Assembly: GCF_009914755.1 (NCBI RefSeq)
Contig: NC_060928.1
DNA: 64,000 nucleotides
Direction: 5' to 3' (one strand)
From: the human T2T-CHM13v2.0 reference genome, Homo sapiens
Shown: in pieces, positions 30,714-44,549 of the stretch
Position numbering within the stretch: the first letter of the stretch is position 1
How the letters are laid out: each line of letters starts with the position of its first letter
Notes under the pieces: generated by a model
Told to the model about the DNA's origin: nothing
Databases searched by the model: none
Seen by the model: the letters and a program-made list of their open reading frames with translations, nothing else
Program-made: the position numbers and the translations under genes

Positions 30714-31013
30714 TTTTTTTTTTCTTTTTTTTTTGAGATGGAGTCTTGCTCTGTCACCCAGGCTGGAGTGCAGTGGCACGATCTTGTCTCACTGCAACCT
30801 CTGCCTCCCGGGTTCAAGCAATTCTCTGCCTCAGCCTCCCGAGTAGCTGGGATTACAGGTGCCCGCCACCACATCCAGCTAATTTTTGAATTTTTAGTAG
30901 AGACGGGGTTTCACCATCTCGGCCAGTCTGGTCTTGAACTCCTGACCTCGTGATTCACCTGCCTTGGCCTCCCAAAGTGCTGGGATTACAAGCGTGAGCC
31001 ACCATGCCTGGCC
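30714..31013 (-). mobile_element. AluS
   Basis: Full antisense Alu; taatgctc flanks both ends. Confidence 0.95.
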
Positions 31014-31630
31014 TAATGCTCATTCTAACTAGAAGGAAGTAAAGCCTCAGAACAGTAAAATGATTTGCCACATGTCACAGTTGCAATAAACAGTTCAAGT
31101 CCACTCCATAAAGAGATACTAGCAATCCTACGGTTTGTCGAAAGCCAGGCTTCTCGGATAACAAAATATTCTAGGTTCTTTGACAAAATGGGTGATGGGA
31201 AGTAAGGAGGAGGGCCTAGTTTCTGAAGCTGCAGGTCATGTAAGGAGCTTGCCCTCAGGCTGGCAAGGCCTAGGAATGGGGGGTGCAGGCGGCCTTCAAG
31301 TGCCTGGGGGCCAAGAGGAAGTGCTGCTGTCCCCTGAAATCTTTTTATGGGAGGAACTGACACTGTGGGTCTGTTCAAGTCCCCAAAATGGGGACAGGCT
31401 GGGGGCTGAGGACACAGACTCAAGGCCCCTCACTGGCAGTCATGGCCAGGCCAAGGAGCCCAGCTCAGGGCTGCTGGCTTATTCTCAAGCCCCCCAGGGA
31501 TGTGAAGAGGGGTGCAGAGACTCACGTTTTGCACCCACGGAGTCCAGGACTGGGGTGTTAGAAGTGGGGTAGATTTAGTGGACACAGCAGATCAAGTGCA
31601 TGTGAAGAGCGCCGCAGCAGCTCTGCATCT

Positions 31631-32462
31631 CCCAAAGGTCCCAGCTGGTCCTCTGAAGACCTGGGATCACAACTCCACATCGTCACCTTGGGGTCCCAAA
31701 GGTCCCAGCTGGTCCTCTGAAGACCCGGGATCACAACTCCACATCATCACCTCGGGGTCCCAAAGGTCCCAGCTGGTCCTCTGAAGACCTGGGATCACAA
31801 CTCCACATCGTCACCTCGGGTTCCCAAAGGTCCCAGCTGGTCCTCTGAAGACCTGGGATCACAACTCCACATCGTCACCTCGGGGTCCCAAAGGTCCCAG
31901 CTGGTCCTCTGAAGACCTGGGATCACAACTCCACATTGGCACCTTAGGGTCCCAAAGGTCCCAGCTGGTCCTCTGAAGACCTGGGATCACAACTCCACAT
32001 CGTCACCTCGGGGTCCCAAAGGTCCCAGCTGGTCCTCTGAAGACCTGGGATCACAACTCCACATCGTCACCTCGGGGTCCCAAAGGTCCCAGCTGGTCCT
32101 CTGAAGACCCGGGATCACAACTCCACATCGTCACCTCGGGGTCCCAAAGGTCCCAGCTGGTCCTCTGAAGACCCGGGATCACAACTCCACATCGTCACCT
32201 CGGGGTCCCAAAGGTCCCAGCTGGTCCTCTGAAGACCTGGGATCACAACTCCACATCGTCACCTCGGGGTCCCAAAGGTCCCAGCTGGTCCTCTGAAGAC
32301 CCGGGATCACAACTCCACATCGTCACCTCGGGGTCCCAAAGGTCCCAGCTGGTCCTCTGAAGACCTGGGATCACAACTCCACATTGTCACCTTAGGGTCC
32401 CAAAGGTCCCAGCTGGTCCTCTGAAGACCCGGGATCACAATTCCACATCGTCACCTTGGGGT
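31631..32462. repeat. 64-bp minisatellite, 13 copies
   Basis: Unit cccaaaggtcccagctggtcctctgaagacctgggatcacaactccacatcgtcacctcggggt; starts at 31631, 31695, ... 32399; no indels. Confidence 0.98.
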
Positions 32463-32854
32463 TGTAGACCCAGGCAAGTTGTTTGTACTCATGACGGTGC
32501 AGCTCCTTTCTTTGAAAGGGGGGAATAAGACAGCTGATCAGTAGGCCAGACCTCAGTGAGCTCACTGTGTGCAAAGTTCACACCTGGAGCAGATGGCAGA
32601 GTTGCTGGAGGCTCAAAGGCTCTGAGGCACGTGGAAGTGGCTTCAGAGCAGGGCAAGAGAGGCTGTTACACTTTCCAGTCACCTCCTCTCTGGCACCAGC
32701 AACCCATTCTTCCAGATTTTTCCTCACAGTTCCATTATACATTTTCTCCCCATATGATAAAGTGTTGGGTTAGACTGAGGCCATTAAGAAAGGGCTACCT
32801 ACCTAGATAATATCATAACCTCTATCTATTTAAGTAAAATGTTACTGAAATGTT

Positions 32855-33085
32855 ACTAACAGTCAACATTATTGAATCTTTCATCAGTTGCCAGGTTCTA
32901 TGATAGATGCTCTTTTTTTACCTTCATTACCCCTCCTTCGGTAACCCCACAACCTGGTGTCTATGACTAGCACCAGTTTACAAATGGGGACACTGAGACG
33001 CACAGAGGTTACAACCATCAAATGGTGGAATTGGGACTTGAACTCAGGAAGCCTGAGCTTTATAACCTCCAAACTACATAGCCTT
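32855..33085 (-). mobile_element. MIR fragment
   Basis: cagtttacaaatggggacactgagacgcacagaggtta...gggacttgaactcagg. Confidence 0.7.
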
Positions 33086-34699
33086 CCTTAGAGAAAACTA
33101 CTAGATCATGAACAAGTCAGAACAGAGAGTAGAGAAGAAATTTTCCATGGAAGAGCTGATAATTGGAGATTTTGGGGAGAGGGAGATGAAAAGAATTGAA
33201 ATGGAGAAGAAAAATCCGTTTTTGTGGGGGAAAATATAGAAAGTAAGATTTGTCTTGGAATGAGATTAAAATGAAACCATCAGAGCTGGTTTTATTTATT
33301 CATCATATACTCATAAATTAAACATCCATTCATTAGCTAAAATTAAACATCCTATCAGCCTTGAGGGGACTCACAGTCCAAAAACCAGATGTTCCTACAC
33401 TTCCAAAATCTAGCTCAATGATGAGAGAGGTTTCTGACAGAGAGGGAGTGGAAGTTACTGCCTAAAATAGATCCCTAGGCCAAGGGATATAGAAGAATAA
33501 CAGTAGCCAAAGATGCCAGGGACCATCGTGTGGATCTCTTTCATCTCATACTCCTGGGGCGCAGGCTGCCAGAGATGAGAGAGAGCTGTGGGGTCTGAGG
33601 GATTCCTCCTATCTCCGCACAGAGGAGGTGGGGCGTGGGGCGGTGTCCCTTTGCAGCCATGATCAAGGAAGCAGAGTTTCATTCATCTGGGTCAGACTGC
33701 CTCTCCTAATATCAGCCAAGATCAGACAAGAATGAACAAAAACTCAGGGTCAATTAGTTGGGTATGGAGAGGAAATGTAGAAATGAGGCCACTGGGGACT
33801 TTTTGCATTGCAAAGCCCTGAAATTCTCGGTTTTGCTATGTTGCAAGAGGAGCCCCAAATTAGCAACGATTTCTTGGAGGAAAGGTGCCCAGCCCTTTCA
33901 TTTATTAACCTCTGCCTGATATTTTCAGACAGCTTTTCGAATCTCTAGGAGGGTTATGGCCTGGTATAAGCAGAGGAGGGGTCAAGACAATTATCCAAGA
34001 GCTATTGCAGGACTATTGTTAAAAGAATAAAAATCCTAGCACCAAAAAAAGAGAAGCTCTGGATCTTTTGAACACCGATGTAAACACCCACTGGGTGGAG
34101 TGAGGGGGACTGACAGATCACTAGAGTCCGGATGCCTCTGGAAGCCAGAAAGCCCAAAGCATAGTCGGGAGACAGCAGGATGGCGGACTGAGCAGGCGCC
34201 ACTCTCTTGCTCCGTAAGTTCCGATCCTCCTGCATCCCTCCCTCATCATCATCGGACCTGGTCCTCTCTGTATTGATGAGGTGTGTGCTCACGGCATAAG
34301 CCCAGGAGGAAGAGGAAAATTAACAATCATCTCAGGCCAACATTGATTTCATAATTGCCTCCCTTCTTCCATTTATATTTTCCCCATACATAAAAATACA
34401 ATGCCCATTGGAAAGATTTGGAAAATATATAAAGGGGCAAAAAAGAAAGAATCTTCTTATAACCCCAGTGTGCGTTACCCCCTCCACTAGAGCAAGGGGC
34501 TGTTTGTCTTGTTGACCAAGCTCTGTCCCCAGAACCAGAAGAGTAACTGGCACAAGTAGGGGCTCAATAGAATTATCTTTTTTCAATGAATCAATGAATC
34601 AATGAATACTCTGAGATTACATCTTAATATCTCATTACACATTGTCCTATATCTCAAAGCATGTGTTTTTAAAAAAATCACTCACACGGTTTTTTTCTA

Positions 34700-35560
<861 letters not shown>

Positions 35561-35688
35561 TTGCATCTCCTTCTTTCACTTTATAATTACTAGCATTTCT
35601 TCATTTTATTAAATTGCCTTCAGGAAACATTTCCTCTGATTGACTGCCAGTCTCACTATAGGTGGACATGGTAATCTAATCATTTTGG

Positions 35689-35712
35689 TGTGTGTGTGTG
35701 TGTGTGTGTGTG
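35689..35712. repeat. (TG)12 microsatellite
   Basis: Perfect TG run. Confidence 0.9.
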
Positions 35713-36120
35713 AACATTTAGGTGATTTCATACTTTTGCCACGGCAAATAAGGCTGCAGCACCCTCAGACATAAAACTTTAGCCAAGTGTGTGATCAATA
35801 TTATTTTCAAAGGATAGATTCCTAGAAGGTGAAACACCGTGATGGAGGATATGAAATTCTAAACATCTCCATGTTTTCTTTCCAATTGGCTTGTCAAATG
35901 GCTTTCCAGATAGGTTGTACCTGTGTGCACTCTTCCAGGTGTGCATAAAAAAATCAGTTTATTACACTCTCGCCAGCATGGAGTGTTATCATTTATGATG
36001 TCTTTGCTAATTTGATTGATGGAAAGTGGTGTTCTGTTGATTTAATGTGCTTTAGATTGGTTACTTGACCTTCCTCTGGGATAACTCCTTCTGTTTGTGG
36101 TCCTTTTAATTTTCCCATAA

Positions 36121-36501
<381 letters not shown>

Positions 36502-36821
36502 TAATTCATGGAGACTGACATATTCTATATTACAATATAGAAGCTACTAACCCATAAACATGATATAACTTTTCACTTATTATGTTTTAAAATTTCTCTT
36601 AATAATATTTTTACAGTTTTACTGAAGATGTCTTACATGTCTTTATTTAGGTTTATTTTTACATTGTTGATGATAAGTTTAATGCTATTATAAAAGGTAT
36701 AATTGATTTTTTATATTTTTGCTTGTTGTTGGGATAAAAATATAGACTTGGTTTTTGCATCTGTATATCCAGCAACCTTGGTAAACTTAAATTTAGTAGT
36801 TCATCTGTAGATTCTTTGGGA

Positions 36822-37287
<466 letters not shown>

Positions 37288-37864
37288 TTGCTCATCAGAT
37301 TGGCCAGGACACTCTTCTCTATTCTCAATTTCAGAGGGAAAGTTTTTAACATTTAATCAAAATGTTTATGTAAGTTTTTTGTTGGTGCATTTTATCAGAT
37401 TCAAGCAGTTCTATCTATATTTGCTAAAAGATATGATTATGAATGTATATTGAATTTCATCAAATTCCTTTTCAGCATTTATCTAGAAGGCAGTGTTATG
37501 TTTTCTCCTTTTCTCTGTCAATGAGATGAATTTTACGTTTTCAAATATTTAACCATTCTTACTCTTGAAATAGGCCACTTTGGTCACAATGTATTCACCT
37601 TTTCAGACATTACTGTTGTAGTTTTGCAAGAATGACAACAACAAAAAAAACCCATGGGCCAGGCGTGACAGCTAGTTCCTTGAAAAGATGAGCAAAGTCA
37701 TAAGTCCCTGGTGGGATGGATCGAGGAAAAGAGAGAAGGTTTATATATATATATATATTTGATTTGTTTTCTATTCCATTTAGTTCTCCTTTTTCATACT
37801 TTCTCTCTTTTACTATCTTTGAGTTTAACTTGATATTTTTCTAACTTTTTGAGACAGATGCTGG

Positions 37865-38062
37865 GATATTACATAATATATACAATACATACATAATTAA
37901 AACATATATGTGTAGGTTTTTTTCCACAGCTCCTGTCTCATAACTCCCATAGCTCTTGTTGTAGTCGTGTAATAATGTTGTGGAACTTCAGGCCTCAGAA
38001 GCAGGACTCAGAAAACAAAATCTCTCTCTTTCTCTGACCATCTCCTGCCCTCCTTTCACTTG
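37865..38062 (+). mobile_element. ERV LTR 5' fragment (MER21-group-like)
   Basis: tcataactcccatagctcttgtt...ggcctcag...tctcctgccctcctttcac. Confidence 0.5.
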
Positions 38063-39108
38063 CTAGAAATTGAACCCCCAGGAAGGAAGATGATTAGGTA
38101 TAAATGAAAAGAATCAGAGTAAAGAAAAAGGCAACCTACAAAAGAAAATATTAGAAATCATGTGTACATGAACTTAACATGTTTGTGTTTTATATAAAGA
38201 GCATAAAATGAACAGAAGTGAAACATGGGTATAGTCTCACAATATTTCGTTTATCCTTGATTACACACACACACACACCCCTCTATAACAATGTCCTTAC
38301 TTTTATACATTTACCTGGGAAGTGTAAGGACATTTGTTATATAAACCCAAACTGTTAAGGTATTAGTGAGAAACTTAGAGGAGAAAAAGGAAATTATATG
38401 CACTGCAGTTACTGAGGCAATAAAACAAGAAAATAAGATGCAATTGGTCAATTATTAGGGGACCAAAAGATTGTCCTTCAAAAACTGATCATTCCATAGA
38501 AAGATGTGAGAACAGTGAAAACCTAAAATATGCAAATTTGGGTAACTGTATGGTTGCTGTGAGAGGGGGAAAAAGCCAAAATAAGAGTAAGGGAATACCA
38601 TCAAAACAAAAGTACAGCAGTGTTTTTTTTAACAAAGAAAGAAATCTTAGAAGAAACATTATCATCAACAAAAATAATGGAAGATGAAGTAGTCATAAAA
38701 CAGAAATTAATGAAAGTAAGGTCCTTAAGCAGAAAACTCCCTTAAATATAAATTCTTGTTGAAAAATCAGTTTTGTATATAAGGTAATCTGTTATTTCCT
38801 GACTCAATAATTACATTTGAATATCACATATTTCAACAGTTTTGAGTGCTTTGAGATTTATAATCAGTTCCTTAGGATCACCACTTTATACCATCTTTTT
38901 TATTGAATGGATGGAAATATAAAATGTGTATGGGAACAGGATGAGTTTATAGAGACCTAATTCATCCTGAACGATGTTTTTGGAATAAATTCCTGATATA
39001 ATTTTTATTTTCCTTGTATTGGATTCTTTTTCATTTAAAAAATCCACTTACAAAAGCATTCCAATGAAGTGGTTAATCAATGATTTGAAATAAAAATAAA
39101 AATTTAGA

Positions 39109-39449
<341 letters not shown>

Positions 39450-40019
39450 TTATCAAAAGATGCATTTATAAATAGGAGAGAGGAAAGGAAATAGAATTAG
39501 TGAGGATGGGGTGTTAGAAGCAGTTGAATAAATATTTTAGCTTGAGTCATTCTTTAGTGAATGATGGTGAAAGCAATAGTAGCCAACCAAGGCTAAGATG
39601 CAGGAGCATTGTAATTAGTCTACTTGAGAGTCAAAGAACATAAATAACAGCACTGCAGGTGCTTATGCTAGGTGCATTCTAGAAGTCAACACAGAGCATC
39701 AAATGCTAGATAGACACAAGAATGTTGAGCTCTTTGCATCTTGCTCTTGTAATTCAAGAATAGTTTGATATTTGGGGTACATTAAAAAAATGTAGTGTTG
39801 TAAAAAAAAAACACTCTGGTGTATGAAAATGGAAAATTTGCTCTAAAAAAACTATATACACACAAGTCATTAAAACGAGACCGAAATATGAGTGAAAACG
39901 CATAGACTTCACTCTCAAAATGGGATAGATTTTTCAAAATCTGACTTTGTGACTCAGGACATCTCCTCTATGGGTTTCCTTCCACTTATTATTGTGAAAT
40001 GATTTGGTGCAACATCCAC

Positions 40020-41182
40020 TGTATTGATCCGGAAATCCTGCTCAAGAACAATTGGTTGATTCTTGCGTTTTGCCTTCCATCAAGTTGAGTCCCATAGCGC
40101 CTGTAAAGCTCCTGTCTCTCAGCTTCACGCTTCCCTTCTGTGTTCTGCTTGCGATGACTGCACACATCCTTTGCCTGCTGGCTCCCTTTTGCACTCTGCC
40201 AATGAGGACCACTAGAGGAAAACCAGCAGGCAGGAAGAAGGGAGAGGGATCTGCCCCTTCTTGGAGCTTCTTGTTAGCTTCCTGTCTGTTTCCTGCCTGG
40301 CCAGCATTGCTTCCCACCCCACTGCCCAGCCCTCACCCCACGCCCCCACGGCCGCACTTTACTGTGGATGCAGTAGTTTGCGGTTCTCCCCACCTTAAAA
40401 GAACCTGCCTCACTGGGCCCCTCCAGAGACACCAGCACTAGCCATTGGCATCTCATTCTCAGAAGTCTGGGTTTCTGCCCTGTGGAGTCCCATTTTGAAG
40501 GCTCCAAGTTTTAAACATTCCAACCTCTTCTCTTCATGACTTCAACCCTAGGGGAGGTTGTGGCTTCCTGCAGTTGCTGATTCAGTCCATAAATTATGAT
40601 ATCTTAGAGTTCTGTTTTCGCTTGTTAGTTACTCTTTTAGAATAATGGTCCTCTAAAGAGGCCTACATCCTAATCCCCCAAACCTGGGAATAGGTTATGT
40701 TATATGGCAAGAGGGACTCTGCAGGTGTGATCAAGTTAAGCACTGAGAGATGGGAAGATTACCCAGAATTATCTGCTTGGGCTCAGTGTAATCACAAGGG
40801 TCCTTATGAGAGGAGGGCAACAGGGCCAGAATCAGAGAAGGAGACGCGGCAAGGGAAGCCAGCTGGAGCGATGGGGTCCGTGTCACGGGAAGTGCAGGTG
40901 GCCTCTAGAAGCTGGGAGAGGGAAGGAAATAGACTGTCCCCTAGGGCCTCCAGAAGGAACACAGTTCTGCCAGCACCTCGATTTAGCCCAGTGAAACGAT
41001 TTCAGATACCTAACCTCTGGAACTGTAAGGTAATAGATTTGTGTTGTCTTAAGTCACTAAATTAGTGGTAATTGTTACAGCAGCAATAGGGAACTACCAT
41101 TCACCCAGTTAATAATACTTTAGATCAAATTTTCCCTATTAACTGCTCTGGTTTGTTCTCCTGACTTGACCCTAATTGAGTC
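40020..41182 (+). mobile_element. LTR33-type ERVL LTR split by MLT1D
   Basis: caccagcactagcc...ccaagttttaaacattccaacctc...ccctaggggaggttgtggcttcctgcagttgct; resumes after 41100 with ctcctgacttgaccctaattga. Confidence 0.6.
40636..41098 (+). mobile_element. MLT1D MaLR solo LTR
   Basis: agaataatggtcc...tcctaatcccc...tgtaatcacaagggtccttat...gttacagcagcaatagggaact. Confidence 0.85.
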
Positions 41183-41210
41183 AAATAGAGTCTGCATGTC
41201 TGATTCTATG

Positions 41211-41548
<338 letters not shown>

Positions 41549-41617
41549 TGAATTCTCAGGTCTCAATTATATTTTTCAAGGTTAACATTAGTTTGCAAGG
41601 ACATACTTAGCATTGAA

Positions 41618-41919
<302 letters not shown>

Positions 41920-42489
41920 CAGCATTGAATTTTTTTAAAAGTAGTTTTCCTACTTGTAAAAATGGTCCTTTTACCTTGTAGAATGTAAAATTAAAATATA
42001 TGCACTAAATTAGAAATTAAAGCAAAGGGCACTTACATATCAGGTTGTAAAGTTGTCATGGTGATCAGGAAGAGCTGATGTCAGATCCGTGGCACTGATG
42101 ATGGGCCTTGTGTGGGAAGCCAGGCAGGATGGCCTGGACCAGCTGGAGCTGGGAGTCTGGCTAATGACAAAATGAGTGAATGTTATTTATCTGGGCATGA
42201 AGGCAGAAAGCCCAGGAAGGCTGGGATTTGGAGTCTAGTGCAAGGTCCAGGAATTTAGTGAATGTATGAAGTTGTAACTGTGTGTGGTGATTCAGGTGGT
42301 CGAGCTGAATCCAACATTTAGGAAATCCCCAATGGAATAGAAGCAAGGCTGCCATCATGGTTTTTAGTAGGCAGAGTTCATTGTCCAAGGACATCTTCCA
42401 AGGCAGTAATGAACAAATGTGTCCACAAAAGGGTTGCTAGAGTAGGAATTTTGACCTCTGTTCTCAAGGCAGATGCACGAATAGATGTA

Positions 42490-42825
42490 CAGCAGGTCCC
42501 CCTTATCCATGGGAGATACCATCCAAGTCCCCCCGTGGATGCCTGAAACCATGGATAGTACCAAGTCCTAGATATATTGTTTTTTTCTTATATAGACACA
42601 CCTATAATAAAGTTTAATTTATAAATTAGGCACAGTAGGAGATTATAATAACAATAATAAAAAATAGAGAAATTATAATAATATGCTGTAATTAAAGTTA
42701 TGTGAATGTGGTTTCTCTCTCTCTCTCCTCTCTCTCTCTCAGAATGCTGTAACATTTTTAGACCGCAGTTGACCATAGGTAACTGAAACCATGGAAAACA
42801 AAACTGTGAATAAGGGGGACAACTG
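42490..42825 (-). mobile_element. MER44A-type Tigger MITE
   Basis: Terminal inverted repeats cagcaggtcccccttatcc / gaataagggggacaactg with TA on both sides. Confidence 0.85.
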
Positions 42826-43284
42826 TATTATTTACTCTGATTTCTGTATTCAGGATGAAGCTTTTTTTTTTTTTTTTTTTAACAGAGGCAAATGAGCACT
42901 GGTAGCAGACAGATTCCACTAATAACAAAAGTGAAGGGCTGTGCTTTTTAGGAGGTTCTGATTGCGTTACATTGTGCAAAGCTCAGTACACAGACTTAGC
43001 AATAGTTCTTTTATTGCCATTGGAAGAAGATGGCTCAGAATCATCCTAGTGAAGCCTCCAGCTCATGGTAAAGAGGACTACGTAGCAAGTGCCCTGAATT
43101 GATGTACTCTTAGAGGTAAATTCCACAGTCGTGTGCGCAGCTTTCTTTTCAATATGGGTGAACACTTCATACGCTGAAATCACATTTTCTGCCTTCCCTC
43201 GAGTATTGTGGTTCGTTGGTATATTGGGGCCATGTCAAGGACCTAAATGCCTGGGCCTGTGTCTTTGGCTAAGTACAGTGGATG

Positions 43285-43608
43285 GTGTCAAGAACTGTAA
43301 AGACGCTAGGAATTTATCCTACTTGCAAGTTACCTTGCCACAGTTTCGTGGGTGCTGGTGGAACCTATGACATATGTCATATGTGAAGATGTCAGAGACT
43401 CGGGATTTCATTACTCACAGCAAAAGCAGTAGGCTGAGTAACGTTTTTTACGCCAATTCCTGGAGCCCCGGTACCCATAGGGCAGCACAAAGAGAGGCAG
43501 GTGACAAGTGGACGTGCAGTGAATAGCATTACTGGAGGAGAATTCTGAATTTAGGAAACTTGAATTATAACAGGCGGTAGGCCAGCTTGATCTTCGCCCT
43601 CAGGGAAC
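43285..43608 (-). mobile_element. MER76-type ERVL LTR fragment
   Basis: tgtcaagaactgt...tcctacttgcaag...gccacagtttc...gtcagagac...ttattactcacagca-like motifs. Confidence 0.65.
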
Positions 43609-43902
43609 CCTAACATTTGATGGCCAGGTTACGTCTATGTGACACTAAAGCAGCTGATCAGCCAAATTAGTTTAATCAATGTAGTAAAAAAATTAATTGA
43701 ATGAGTCATCAAAGGCTATGTAGAATGGGGCTTGCCCACCTAGAACATAACTAAAACACATGCTAGCCCACCTAGCAACTCCAGGAGTCTGGTATGAATG
43801 AATTAAATACACACACTTTGAATGGCGTCTCCCCAGTGCCTGGTTCCTCCTTCCCAGGAATCCTGCTTTCCTACACACCCCCACCTCTCCCTTTTCTCCT
43901 CC

Positions 43903-44372
43903 TGTGACAGTTAATTTTAGGTGTCCACTTGACTGGGCTAAGGGATGCCCAGTTAGCTGGCAAAACATTTATTTCTCTGAGAGTGTCTGTGACAGTGTTT
44001 CTGGAAGAAATCAGCATTTGAATCAGTGGACTGAGTAAAGAAGATCCCCCTCACCAATGTGGGTGAGCATCACCGTTCCACTGCAGGCCCGAATCGAATG
44101 CAAAAGTGGAGGAAAGGCAAATTTGCTCCCTGCTGAAGCTGGAACATCCATCTTCTCTTATCCTTGGACATCAGCACTGCTTGTCCTTAAGCCTGTGGAC
44201 TTGGACTGGGACTTCTATCACTGAAATAGAACCACACCACTGGCTTTCCTGGGCTTTGAGTTTGCAGACTACAGATCATAATCTGTAATCTTGGCTGACT
44301 ACAGATCATAATCTTGGCCCCCATAATCACAGGAGCGAATCCCTTATACTAAATCTCTTTTATCTATCTATG

Positions 44373-44418
<46 letters not shown>

Positions 44419-44434
44419 ATCTATCTACCTATCA

Positions 44435-44476
<42 letters not shown>

Positions 44477-44549
44477 GATCTATCTATATCTATCATCTCC
44501 AATCATTTCTGGATGAAATGTTTCATTTAGAAGAAAACTGACTAATACA
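43903..44549 (+). mobile_element. MLT2 (HERV-L) solo LTR
   Basis: tgtgacagttaattttaggtgtccacttgactgggctaagggatgccca ... gactaataca; near-TSD cctcc/cctct. Confidence 0.9.
44361..44497. repeat. Compound (TATC)n STR within MLT2
   Basis: Two long TATC blocks with interruptions. Confidence 0.95.

Noticed and set aside
31631-32462. Possible CRISPR-like array
   Set aside because: Head-to-tail near-identical units with no unique spacers, in primate DNA with no cas genes; the same applies to the 29-bp array
34080-34300. Mildly CpG-enriched patch with a ccGTAAGT donor-like site
   Set aside because: Too short for an island, weak exonic donor context, no partner evidence
43366-43381. Perfect 16-bp palindrome tatgacatatgtcata
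   Set aside because: About one 8-bp-arm palindrome is expected by chance in 64 kb (64000/4^8)
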